This document shows, piece after piece, positions 44,346-52,956 of a stretch of DNA of 64,000 bases. Position numbers and translations under genes: made by a program. The first letter of the stretch is position 1, and each line of letters starts with the position of its first letter. Source of the stretch: a virus; the IMG/VR virus record IMGVR_UViG_3300029258_005088. One strand, given 5' to 3'. The notes below the pieces were generated by a model. The model had not been told where the DNA came from and searched no databases. It was given only the letters and a program-made list of their open reading frames with translations.

Positions 44346-44519
44346 CTACCGGCCGCAGCAGCCGCGGCGGCGTTTACGAGTGGACCTCACGGCCTCTTTC
44401 GTGATTCGATCCTTTCTGAGGTTCGAGGATCCGCACCGCTCACAGATCGATATGTGCCGTGCGTTGTAGGTATACTTCTTGCAGGCTCTGCAGAAATACC
44501 TGAATACCTCTTGTGTCAT
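44346..44519 (-). CDS. 57-aa zinc-ribbon protein, not in track
   Basis: MTQEVFRYFCRACKKYTYNARHISICERCGSSNLRKDRITKEAVRSTRKRRRGCCGR; ATGA overlap. Confidence 0.75.
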   Translation of the reverse strand: MTQEVFRYFCRACKKYTYNARHISICERCGSSNLRKDRITKEAVRSTRKRRRGCCGR

Positions 44520-44887
44520 GTCGCGGCCTCTACCGCCGGCTCCGCTTCCGGAACCGGCTTTGTCGCCGCTTTCCTTCTGGCCTTGGGCTTGGTCTTCGCC
44601 TTCGGCTTTGCCTCCGCCTTGGCCTTTCTCTTGGCCGCGGCCTCCGCTTTCTTGCGTACTCTCTCCTCCATCTCCGACATAGCCTCCCGGCTTTTCCCTA
44701 TGAGACTGAAGATTATCTCAGACACAGGGTGGTTGTGGGGGACTTCCCGTATATCCTCCATCCAGAAGTCAAGGAGTCTATGAACGTCCTTCTCCGGGAT
44801 GCTGAGGTTCACGTAGCGATCCGGATCGTAATGATCGGACAGCTCTTCCTCGTAGGTTATGGGTTCTGTTCCGTCTAATGATGACAT
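44516..44887 (-). CDS. protein with acidic N-terminus and Lys/Ala/Pro-rich tail
   Basis: AAAKRKAKAEAKPKAKTKPKARRKAATKP. Confidence 0.75.
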   Translation of the reverse strand: MSSLDGTEPITYEEELSDHYDPDRYVNLSIPEKDVHRLLDFWMEDIREVPHNHPVSEIIFSLIGKSREAMSEMEERVRKKAEAAAKRKAKAEAKPKAKTKPKARRKAATKPVPEAEPAVEAAT

Positions 44888-44924
44888 AGTTCTATTATAC
44901 CTCTGATTTCAAATATAGGAAGAC

Positions 44925-46046
44925 TTATGCCTCCCTGCAAACCAAATCTTCTCCGAACGAGGAACAAAACATCTGTATAACCTCCCGGCAGAGAGCCGAT
45001 TTAGCCGAATTCTTCCTGCGTTTCCTCAACCACTCTCTGTAGTCTTCCGCTGTCGCCCCCACCGCATCCAGTTCGAAGAACATCTTCCGCATCTTCATGT
45101 GGAATCCGTTCTTTCCTGCAAGCTGATCAGGTGTCCTGGACATGAGAAATTTCATCTTCATGCAAAAGTTGAAGTACTGTACGTCCCCTCTGGCATAGCT
45201 GCTGTTGTCGGGATTGCCGTATCGCATCGCGAACCAGTTCTCTATCTTCAACGCCGTCTCTTTGGAGCAGAGGTCTGGTGTGTGCGCTCTCATCTGATGC
45301 AGGTACAACTGCTCGTTGACGAGAGCGGTAGCCACTACGTCTACGTCGGATGACGGAGAGAAGAACTGGGGAAAGTCCCTCATATACCGGGTAAGGCGTT
45401 CCTTTACGAGAACTGCCGCGGGAAGAGTCTCCTTCTTCTCTAAATAACGAACAAGCGTAGCGCAGTCCTCTTTTTCCTTTTCCTTTTCAGTTTCAGTTTT
45501 CTTCTCTGTAGTTATCTCTGTTGTTATCTCTGGTAATGCACGTCCATTTTGAACGTTGTCATGTTCAATATGAACATTGGGAGGACCGTTTTGAACCATG
45601 CATTGTTCGGCTTTTTCAGGCAGATCATACCCTTCCAGAGGATACCCCATAGCCATGAGATCGTCACGAATCTTGACCAGATTCACTCTGTACTGGAGGG
45701 TTCTATCCCTCCTGTCTCTCGGGTTGTTTCTTTTGTCGACCCACTTATTTTCTACAAGGTCCGACAGCTTTCTCTCCGCCGTCTGTCTGGAGGAAGTTAT
45801 CAGAGAATCCTTTATGAGTTCGGACTGAGTCTTGTACACCCAGCCGCTCGTCAGGGGAGGCATGTCCGGCTCCTCTCCGTGCGCGGCCGCTCTTCTGCGC
45901 TCCTCTTCCATGAACTCGTCGAAGTCCCGGCGCATGCCCGTCAGGAATATCAGCTGTTGCAGTATTATCGCCGATATGGTGTCCCCGGTGAGTTCCACCA
46001 GTTCTTCCTTCAACGCCACTCTCTTAAGTTTCCTCGGTTCTCTCAC
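44925..46046 (-). CDS. phage replication initiator-like protein (N-terminal wHTH)
   Basis: KRVALKEELVELTGDTISAIILQQL...WVYKT..EL...R.L..LV...W...LQYRVNL; ITTEITTE linker typical of lambda-O-like initiators. Confidence 0.75.
   Translation of the reverse strand: MREPRKLKRVALKEELVELTGDTISAIILQQLIFLTGMRRDFDEFMEEERRRAAAHGEEPDMPPLTSGWVYKTQSELIKDSLITSSRQTAERKLSDLVENKWVDKRNNPRDRRDRTLQYRVNLVKIRDDLMAMGYPLEGYDLPEKAEQCMVQNGPPNVHIEHDNVQNGRALPEITTEITTEKKTETEKEKEKEDCATLVRYLEKKETLPAAVLVKERLTRYMRDFPQFFSPSSDVDVVATALVNEQLYLHQMRAHTPDLCSKETALKIENWFAMRYGNPDNSSYARGDVQYFNFCMKMKFLMSRTPDQLAGKNGFHMKMRKMFFELDAVGATAEDYREWLRKRRKNSAKSALCREVIQMFCSSFGEDLVCREA
45470..45600. repeat. iteron-like repeats and pyrimidine-rich tract inside the initiator gene
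   Basis: TCTCTG x3 at 12-bp spacing (45503, 45515, 45527); CCnTTTTGAAC x2; inverted ATGTTCA-ATA-TGAACAT (45561-45577). Confidence 0.6.
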
Positions 46047-46672
46047 TCGGGTACCTCCGATGCATATACGGCCATGGCCAGAGCCGGCCAGGCATGTGAT
46101 GAAATTCCGTAGAGCGGCCCGGGAGGATATTCCCAGGTCGTTCCGTTACAGGCCGGGCAGGTGTCCTTGACGGGCATCTCGCCGCAGCATTCCTTGTTCT
46201 TGTTCTTGCCGCAGATCCGGCACTTCGACCGACCGACGACTCCGTTGCCGTTGCAGTTCTTGCACCGCTTTCCGCCTATGGCTACGTCTGCATAACCCCA
46301 TCTCTCTATCAAGGCGGCGCGGACGTTGCTGTCCTTGCCCCTGGGAGAGCCTGTGACGTGCGTGACGTAGTTCTTGCGGTACACCAGACGGAAGGGCAGG
46401 CCGGAGTCCTTGCAGACGCGTCTAAGCTCCCCTATCCATATGCAGGTGGAGAACACGTCGTCTCCCACCGCCATGCCGTACGACTTCACTCCCTCGACCA
46501 CCACTACGGATACGTCGTGCTGGGGAAAGGGCGGTGCGCAGGATCTCACGAGATTTATGAGACCTTCGTTGTCGTCGTCGAACGTGTTTTTGTACGGCAC
46601 CTCGTTCTTGTCCGAATCATAGATGACGACCCCGCTGTACCTGTTGCCCGGGTCTATGCTCAGTATTCTCAT
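46043..46672 (-). CDS. ruvC: RuvC-like Holliday junction resolvase with inserted zinc finger
   Basis: ILSIDPG, VVVEG, HVTG..RGKDSNV, HAWPALAMA; insert CKNCNGNG...CPACNG. Confidence 0.8.
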   Translation of the reverse strand: MRILSIDPGNRYSGVVIYDSDKNEVPYKNTFDDDNEGLINLVRSCAPPFPQHDVSVVVVEGVKSYGMAVGDDVFSTCIWIGELRRVCKDSGLPFRLVYRKNYVTHVTGSPRGKDSNVRAALIERWGYADVAIGGKRCKNCNGNGVVGRSKCRICGKNKNKECCGEMPVKDTCPACNGTTWEYPPGPLYGISSHAWPALAMAVYASEVPE

Positions 46673-46687
46673 GACATCCTCCTAGGT

Positions 46688-46719
46688 AAAGAGGTCGCCG
46701 ACCGCGAAGGCCGGCGACC
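46688..46719 (-). terminator. terminator-like hairpin
   Basis: GGUCGCCGGCC-UUCGC-GGUCGGCGACC-UCUUU. Confidence 0.7.
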
Positions 46720-46730
46720 GGAACAGGGCA

Positions 46731-48056
46731 TCAGTCCATCAACTTCTTCAGAAGATCTTCCTTGGTCATGAGACCATCGGTGGATGCCTCTGCGGCGCCT
46801 ACCTGGTCCTTGGCCTTGGTCAATCCTCCGATGAGGTTTTCAAGCATGTTGCCGACCACTCCGAGACGTTCCTTGAGAGTGAGCGCCTCGCCCGTGGACT
46901 CCGCTTTCTCCACGATATACCCATGGGAGATGAGAATTGTCCTGCAGAACTCTTCGAGCCTGTCGCAGACGTCCTCTTCTTCCTGTTCGTCCGTCAGCAA
47001 CTGGAACGCTTTGTCCAGCTTGTCCGCACGGATCTCCTCCTTGGTTCGCCTGGCGGGCTTCTTCGACTCGGGCTTTTCCGCGTCGGTACCAGGCGCTTCC
47101 TCCTGCGTACCCTCTTCCGAGGGGGTCAAAGGTGGTTTGGTCGTTGCTTCCGGTGCCGGAGCGGGTGCCGGAGGCTCCGGCGTGGGTGCCGGCGTGGGCT
47201 CTGGAGCTGGAGCCGGGGGTTCCGGCGTTGTCTTAGCCGCGCACACGCAAGGACCGCCCTTGCTGTTCAGTCCCGTATCTCCGCAGGCCTTGCAGTTCGG
47301 CTCGGGTGTCTCCGTTTCCGGGTTGGTTTCCGTCTCTGGTTCCGTGATGGCCGGGGGTGCCGGTGCAGTTGCCTGTTTACGTCCTCGTCTTGCCTTTGGC
47401 ATAACGTACGAATCTCCTTCTATTGTTGGTGCGCGGTCTCTCTCGAGGCTTCCTCGCAGATTGTTGAGCTCCTCTATGGAGCCTGGTTCGTGAAGCTCGG
47501 TCGCTATCCAGTACTCCGGCACCCTGTTCGAAAAGAACAAGATCTTCTCGGGGTGCTTGGAGTTGTACATGACCTCCGCTTCTTCGTTGTTCGTGTCGTA
47601 GTAGTCCGGTACCGGTATGATGCCGTCCACTTCCTCCACTTCGAAGCTCTCCATCGAGCCCTCCGACGTCGAAGTCCTCAGTATGAATCTCGCGGACTCG
47701 AACAGCTGCTGGGTATTGTTGTTGAATACCTGCAGCTCCAGCTCGTCCCGTTTCTTGAGATCCACCAGGCGTGTGTGCGACTCGTTGAACTTGTCGCGTC
47801 CGACGACCTTTATCATACGAGCCTGGTTGCAGTGCATGCCGGATGCATTGGCGTACTTCTTGACCGGTAGCTCCGCACAGGCATGAAGCTCGTAAGACCT
47901 GCCGTCGTTCGTCGTGAACGGCATATGCAGATCTGTCACCAGCTTCTTCTTGTGGAGCTGTATGAAGAACGGATGATCCTTCACTCCGGGAAGAGCGCCT
48001 GTCTTGGTGGCTATGCGGAATTCCTCCGCTTTCGTTTTGAAACAGAACGTCGTCAT
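46731..48056 (-). CDS. hypothetical protein with Pro/Thr/Glu-rich linker and CxxC motif
   Basis: CKACGDTGLNSKGGPCVC inside a low-complexity region. Confidence 0.85.
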   Translation of the reverse strand: MTTFCFKTKAEEFRIATKTGALPGVKDHPFFIQLHKKKLVTDLHMPFTTNDGRSYELHACAELPVKKYANASGMHCNQARMIKVVGRDKFNESHTRLVDLKKRDELELQVFNNNTQQLFESARFILRTSTSEGSMESFEVEEVDGIIPVPDYYDTNNEEAEVMYNSKHPEKILFFSNRVPEYWIATELHEPGSIEELNNLRGSLERDRAPTIEGDSYVMPKARRGRKQATAPAPPAITEPETETNPETETPEPNCKACGDTGLNSKGGPCVCAAKTTPEPPAPAPEPTPAPTPEPPAPAPAPEATTKPPLTPSEEGTQEEAPGTDAEKPESKKPARRTKEEIRADKLDKAFQLLTDEQEEEDVCDRLEEFCRTILISHGYIVEKAESTGEALTLKERLGVVGNMLENLIGGLTKAKDQVGAAEASTDGLMTKEDLLKKLMD

Positions 48057-48679
48057 CGATCAAGTATCGCGGACCACAGTGCCTGAAGCATGTAGACCGT
48101 CCTCTCCAGTTTTGGGGTGCTTCCCGTTAGGTATGCGTCCGGAGTGTCTCCGTCTATGCCGGGGATTATCCTAGCGCATACCTCTTCGAATTTATACCCG
48201 CCCTTCACCTGGAACGTCGCCTTTCGCATACGCTCGCTGAGTTCGGATACCGTGAGGTCGTCCACCGGAAGCTCCATCTTCTGCTCCAGGGCCTTCACCA
48301 GCGGAGCCGCGTCGAGCATCTCCTTGCCGATGAACAGGTCCGGAAGTACGTACTCAAGCCAAGACTTCGAGTACTGTGCGTACCAGATCACGAGAAAGTC
48401 CGCGTCTTCCACGAGAGGGGTTATCTGCTCTTCCACCGTGTTCAGGGGCAGAGCGTTCCTTTCGTAGTCGTCCACGGAAACACCGGTGATGTCCTTTACC
48501 TTGTCTGCATCCGCTCCCGCCACGAAGGCGGTACCGAAATCCGCCCCGGGCCAACAACCGGTGATGCTTATGGACAGGATATTGTCTCTGTCCTTCTTGA
48601 ACCCGTCCGTCGCCGGATGGACAATCAGCACCTTCCCGTGGGGGATGCCTTTGTCAGTCAGCCATTGTCTTATCGTCAT
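48053..48679 (-). CDS. degenerate DnaQ/DEDDh-like exonuclease fold
   Basis: LIVHPATDGF...ILSISI, FLVIWYAQYSKSWL and MLDA align with Exo motifs but lack the acidic residues. Confidence 0.55.
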   Translation of the reverse strand: MTIRQWLTDKGIPHGKVLIVHPATDGFKKDRDNILSISITGCWPGADFGTAFVAGADADKVKDITGVSVDDYERNALPLNTVEEQITPLVEDADFLVIWYAQYSKSWLEYVLPDLFIGKEMLDAAPLVKALEQKMELPVDDLTVSELSERMRKATFQVKGGYKFEEVCARIIPGIDGDTPDAYLTGSTPKLERTVYMLQALWSAILDR

Positions 48680-48704
48680 GTAATCTCCAATTGTGAATAC
48701 GTGT

Positions 48705-49502
48705 TCACCTTTTGAATTCCATCTGATCGCTCGAGTCGTCGAACGTCCTCATCGGAGTCGAATACCAGGTACCGAACGGTTTGCCGGAATCCGACGCATC
48801 GGCCGCCAACACTCCTCTTCCGTAGAAGAAAGCGAAGGGGAAGCCGACCTGTCCTGCTCCTGCATCGATCACTATGTCCTCTCGCATAGCCTTGGCGTTC
48901 TGATCCGACGACAACAAGGAGTCGTACGAATCGAACCCTCTGAGAAACTCGAGGGTGCTCTGGTTCCTGCGAAGCCTTGGCATATGCGTGTCCGTACGCT
49001 TCTTGCAAGTGTAGAAGTCCGGTGCCGTCGCTCTCGGCCTTATCACCAGTACCCTCCTCTGCGTGCAGAAGTTCTCCAGAAGATCTATCACTATCTGATC
49101 TCCCTTCCTGCGAGGAGAGAAGCAATCCGGCTTGTTGCCGGCTTTCAGCCACTTCTTCAGGCCTGCGTCTCTATAGCGTTCGTCTTCCCGTACGTCATAC
49201 GAAGGAACGACCTTGCCTCTACGCGGTCCGTCCACGACCTTGAAGACCGCGGACAGGCTGTACCGGATGTAAGGTTCCTCATGTCCTTCTCCGCCACCAC
49301 CGCATATGCATGCGGGACAACGAAGGAACATAGGCGGTTCGTCCTTTGCAAAGGGCCTGCGGAGTATCACGTTCAAGAACGTTTTGTCCGCACGCACCAG
49401 TTTATGTTCAAGATCGAAGAAGACACCCGACCAGCAGTAGGCCATATGGCCCTCCTGCAATCCGTCCAGCTTCTCAGTACTTCGATCCAAGATGTTCTTC
49501 AT
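48705..49502 (-). CDS. hypothetical protein
   Basis: Continuous ORF in the replication module; CPACIC motif. Confidence 0.75.
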   Translation of the reverse strand: MKNILDRSTEKLDGLQEGHMAYCWSGVFFDLEHKLVRADKTFLNVILRRPFAKDEPPMFLRCPACICGGGGEGHEEPYIRYSLSAVFKVVDGPRRGKVVPSYDVREDERYRDAGLKKWLKAGNKPDCFSPRRKGDQIVIDLLENFCTQRRVLVIRPRATAPDFYTCKKRTDTHMPRLRRNQSTLEFLRGFDSYDSLLSSDQNAKAMREDIVIDAGAGQVGFPFAFFYGRGVLAADASDSGKPFGTWYSTPMRTFDDSSDQMEFKR

Positions 49503-50400
49503 GAAACAATCCTTTCATTAGACAGGAGAAACAGTAGACGTCCGACGCGCTCTGCATCAGGCCTACGTGTCCGTTGCGGCAGTCGCCGTCCCTGTCGAAT
49601 GCTTTCGAAAACCGCGACCTTGGACAACTGTCCCTGGCCACGGGGCATGGGGCACAGGTCTTTCCACGCATATAGGCGCAGGGACCCGTGCATATCTTCG
49701 CTCTCGCTTGCAACAGACGACGGTTGTAGTCCTGGTGACAGTGATCGAACCGTATCTCGTGAAAGACCAGCCTGGCTTCTACGAACTGAAGCTTGGCTAT
49801 GAAATACATACCGGAGATATCGTCGTCCCGGTACTTCTTGAACTTGGCCACTCCGGTTTCCCGTATCATCTGCTGTATGCGGCCGCCCGTAAGCTCGGAG
49901 CTCCACTTCGTACCCGCAGGCACTCCGGTGAACGCTTCGAACTCGACGTAATACCTGCGGCCTTTTGCCGGCTTGCGCCTAACCTCGTGGACGAACAACA
50001 GAGTCTCGACCACCTGATCGCCTCCCCACCACTTGATGGGCTCGGCGGCTCGCAGCTCGTCGTATCTCCCGGACACGACGATGCATAGCTCACGCAGCTT
50101 GTCGGTATCCAGCTTCAGACCTTCGAACGGAATGAGCAGCAGTTCGACGGAACGCTTCCTGCGGATGTAGAACTCTTCATGCACGAACTCGGAATCGACT
50201 CGGGACGCATCCCCGTATTCTTCGATTCCGGGCTCGAAGTCTCCGGCCTCGTGGACGAAGCGCATGATGAGATCTATCGCGATCTCGCGGTTCCTGCCTA
50301 CAAGGTGGTTTCCCGCGAGACCCCGACTTATGAACGAGTCCTTGAGCTCGTTATTCCGCTTCTTCAGCGCCTTCAGCGTTGGTAGTTTCTTCTCCTTCAC
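49474..50400 (-). CDS. hypothetical protein with Cys-rich C-terminus
   Basis: CTGPC...CAPCP...C...CRNGH...CFSC. Confidence 0.8.
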   Translation of the reverse strand: MKEKKLPTLKALKKRNNELKDSFISRGLAGNHLVGRNREIAIDLIMRFVHEAGDFEPGIEEYGDASRVDSEFVHEEFYIRRKRSVELLLIPFEGLKLDTDKLRELCIVVSGRYDELRAAEPIKWWGGDQVVETLLFVHEVRRKPAKGRRYYVEFEAFTGVPAGTKWSSELTGGRIQQMIRETGVAKFKKYRDDDISGMYFIAKLQFVEARLVFHEIRFDHCHQDYNRRLLQARAKICTGPCAYMRGKTCAPCPVARDSCPRSRFSKAFDRDGDCRNGHVGLMQSASDVYCFSCLMKGLFHEEHLGSKY

Positions 50401-51175
50401 TGAACGTATCCTTCAATGGGATGATGTAGTGCTCGAGCTTCTCGCGGAGAGTATCGGCCTTACCCGACACGATAACGGCCATGGGATCCTTGCCCTTGGA
50501 CTCGTCGCCTTCCACGATCGCGTTGTAATCCTCGTCGGGCGTGCGATCTTCATCGCCAACGAGCTCGAGCATGGGTCCGAGATCCTTCAGAACGTCGTCC
50601 ACCGACGATATGGCCTTGTCCAGCACCCTGTCCATCTTCATGAAGTACGACAGAGCGTTCGGTCCACTGCTCTTCGGAGCCTTGTCCTTGGGCTTGTTCT
50701 TGCCCTTGACCTCGTTCACCGCTTCCTTGACCTCTCTCACGGTCATGTTCTCGGCCTCCGCCCGTTCCTCCAGAAGCAGTCTCTGTTGAGGATCCGGGAT
50801 GCGCTGGATCTCCCGTATCGACGACCACTCGATCGCCCTGGTCTCGATATCCTGGAAGGTCGGATGATCCTTGTAGAAGTTGTGCGCATTGTACAGAAGG
50901 CGGGGATCCGCCTTGCCCTGGGCCTCTGCCACACGCTCCACGGCCTTCGAACCGTACTTTCCTTCGTCTTCCTGGATTCGTGAAATCATCTTTCCGATGT
51001 TCCACCAATATACGAGTGCGACCTTCTGGACGCCTTTCTTGTTCTCGTTGATCCATTCCGCAATGCCTTCCACGGTATCCGGAATCTGATCGTCTGGGAT
51101 CTCGAGAGCCGCGTTATACAGGGCCAGCTCGGTGCCCTTCTTGTCTTTCTTCTTCGCAGAGCTTTTCTCAGCCAT
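50351..51175 (-). CDS. DUF1016 (YhcG) N-terminal-like helical protein
   Basis: YWWNIGKMI...KYG...VERVAEA...LYNAHNFY...EWSSIREI...QR. Confidence 0.65.
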   Translation of the reverse strand: MAEKSSAKKKDKKGTELALYNAALEIPDDQIPDTVEGIAEWINENKKGVQKVALVYWWNIGKMISRIQEDEGKYGSKAVERVAEAQGKADPRLLYNAHNFYKDHPTFQDIETRAIEWSSIREIQRIPDPQQRLLLEERAEAENMTVREVKEAVNEVKGKNKPKDKAPKSSGPNALSYFMKMDRVLDKAISSVDDVLKDLGPMLELVGDEDRTPDEDYNAIVEGDESKGKDPMAVIVSGKADTLREKLEHYIIPLKDTFSEGEETTNAEGAEEAE

Positions 51176-51713
51176 TTTCTCTTTCCTTGATAAACGTTTC
51201 GATTGATAGAATCACCGCGTTCCTTCCGTCCTGGGCCGTCGGTATGACGATGGTCGGACGAAGTGTCGCGGTGTGTGATAGATCATCCAGCATGAGTACC
51301 CAGACGTCCTTTGGCTTCGTCTGGAAGAGTATCTTCGGCGAGGAATGCTCTCTAGCAGACCTAACCAGATACTTCCAGATCTCCGCCTCGAGGACGCTCT
51401 CGGATCCTATCAGCCATTTCATAAGGGTGTTTCGCACGAGCAGCCGAGGGTACACGGAGTACTCCGGACAGTCTAGCGACTCTTTCAGGACTTCCTCGTA
51501 GTCGTCGTCCACGTACTCTCTGTGGATCCTGCTTATCTCGGCAGGCTCCACGCCAAGAACGGGGGCCAGGCGTCTGTAGATCTCTTCGCTACGACGCCAC
51601 GCACTGCGATCACCCCTCTCCTTCTCCCTCTTGTCCACCGCTTGGCGGAACGCTTGGGCTCGCATCTGCGCCTGGGGGGACATAGGGCCGCTTCCGGAGG
51701 ATTCCGAGGACAT
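51168..51713 (-). CDS. hypothetical protein (start uncertain)
   Basis: ORF between recA and the DUF1016-like gene. Confidence 0.65.
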   Translation of the reverse strand: MSSESSGSGPMSPQAQMRAQAFRQAVDKREKERGDRSAWRRSEEIYRRLAPVLGVEPAEISRIHREYVDDDYEEVLKESLDCPEYSVYPRLLVRNTLMKWLIGSESVLEAEIWKYLVRSAREHSSPKILFQTKPKDVWVLMLDDLSHTATLRPTIVIPTAQDGRNAVILSIETFIKERENG

Positions 51714-52953
51714 CCTGCAACTCCTTGGTTATTTGAGGATCCGCGTGAATGGCGGCTCCGAGTTCCTGCCTCGATACCTTGGACAGCTTCAGACGAGGAC
51801 ATCCGACTTGAGAACCCGTTCCCGTTATGCCGTTCTGTCCTCCGAGTACGTCGGACAAGGCTTTGACGGGGAACAGATCGCTCGTCAACAGATCGATCAA
51901 GGCCGTATCCCAGTCGAAGTAGACGTAGTATCTCTGGACGTCGTCTTCCGTTTCCAGATCTCCCAGCGTGTCTCCCTCGGGATAGCGGGTGTTCAGCGGA
52001 CCTATGGTACGCATGAGAACGTTGATCTTCCGGCCAGTTTCCGTCAGCGATGCCTTCAAGGTCCTCATGATCACTTCGGCCCGCATCTCGGACTTGACCG
52101 AATTGGTCGATTTCTTGATCATCTCGATGGTAGCCGTATTGAGGTAGTCCTTGTGGACGCCTCCGGGCGACACCTTTTCCGGGGGCCCCTTTTTCGGAGG
52201 ACCTCCGGCTTCCGCGATCTTCTCCTTGATGTGGTTGATATAGATCAGAACGAACGGTTTGCCGGCCTGCATCGGAACCCAGGAGCGGAAATGCTCCGTG
52301 ATAAGAGCCGCGGTACGGGCACGGTCGAAACCAGCTACGTCGCCTACGTTCCCGGTCTTCTCCATTGCGGCCTGTGCAGCCGCCGAAGTGAGAGCGCCGA
52401 TACTGTCGGTCAGATAGCAGATGGGTACGTTCGCCTCCGGTACGAGCTCGTCGTACTTCTTCGAATAGAACACCATCGTCTCTATCATCTCCTGCACGTT
52501 ATGGACTTCGGTAGTGAAGATGAAGTCCAGGAGATCGTCGTTCTGAATGACGCCGCGGATCTGGTCGTCGTTCGTCTTGAACTCCGCGTCCTCGAAGAAC
52601 ACCATCCCAGGGTAAGTATACCGCAGGAACAGTGCGCAGAAGTACCAGCTCATCACCGACTTCAACGAACCCTTCTCACCTACCAGAGATAGCGTACGCT
52701 CCATGGGAAGTACGCTCACCCCGAGCAGATACTGCATGGGTAGGTTGTTGACCAGTGGTATTCCGTAGACCCTGTCTATGAGGGAGTTCTGCGGAACGGC
52801 TCCTATCTTGGCCAGATCGGTTGCCGCGGAGTTCCGCAGGGAAGTGGCCAATGCCGACATATCAAGGGGACCCGATTTGCCCGCAGGCGCCTTCTTTTTC
52901 TTCGAAGGCGCCTTTGGACTCACGGATACTCCCTTGGCTCTTTTCCGAGCCAT
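51610..52953 (-). CDS. recA: RecA/UvsX-like recombinase
   Basis: Walker A GEKGSLKS (UvsX-like), FEDAE, Walker B YLTDSIGAL, LIYINH, SPGG. Confidence 0.88.
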   Translation of the reverse strand: MARKRAKGVSVSPKAPSKKKKAPAGKSGPLDMSALATSLRNSAATDLAKIGAVPQNSLIDRVYGIPLVNNLPMQYLLGVSVLPMERTLSLVGEKGSLKSVMSWYFCALFLRYTYPGMVFFEDAEFKTNDDQIRGVIQNDDLLDFIFTTEVHNVQEMIETMVFYSKKYDELVPEANVPICYLTDSIGALTSAAAQAAMEKTGNVGDVAGFDRARTAALITEHFRSWVPMQAGKPFVLIYINHIKEKIAEAGGPPKKGPPEKVSPGGVHKDYLNTATIEMIKKSTNSVKSEMRAEVIMRTLKASLTETGRKINVLMRTIGPLNTRYPEGDTLGDLETEDDVQRYYVYFDWDTALIDLLTSDLFPVKALSDVLGGQNGITGTGSQVGCPRLKLSKVSRQELGAAIHADPQITKELQDVLGILRKRPYVPPGADASPSVPPSGGQEGEGEG

Positions 52954-52956
52954 GGG

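Noticed and set aside
52660-52690. RecA Walker A lacking the Gly before Lys (GEKGSLKS) as a sign of inactivation
   Set aside because: T4 UvsX-type recombinases also have a hydrophobic residue there, so it is not unusual.
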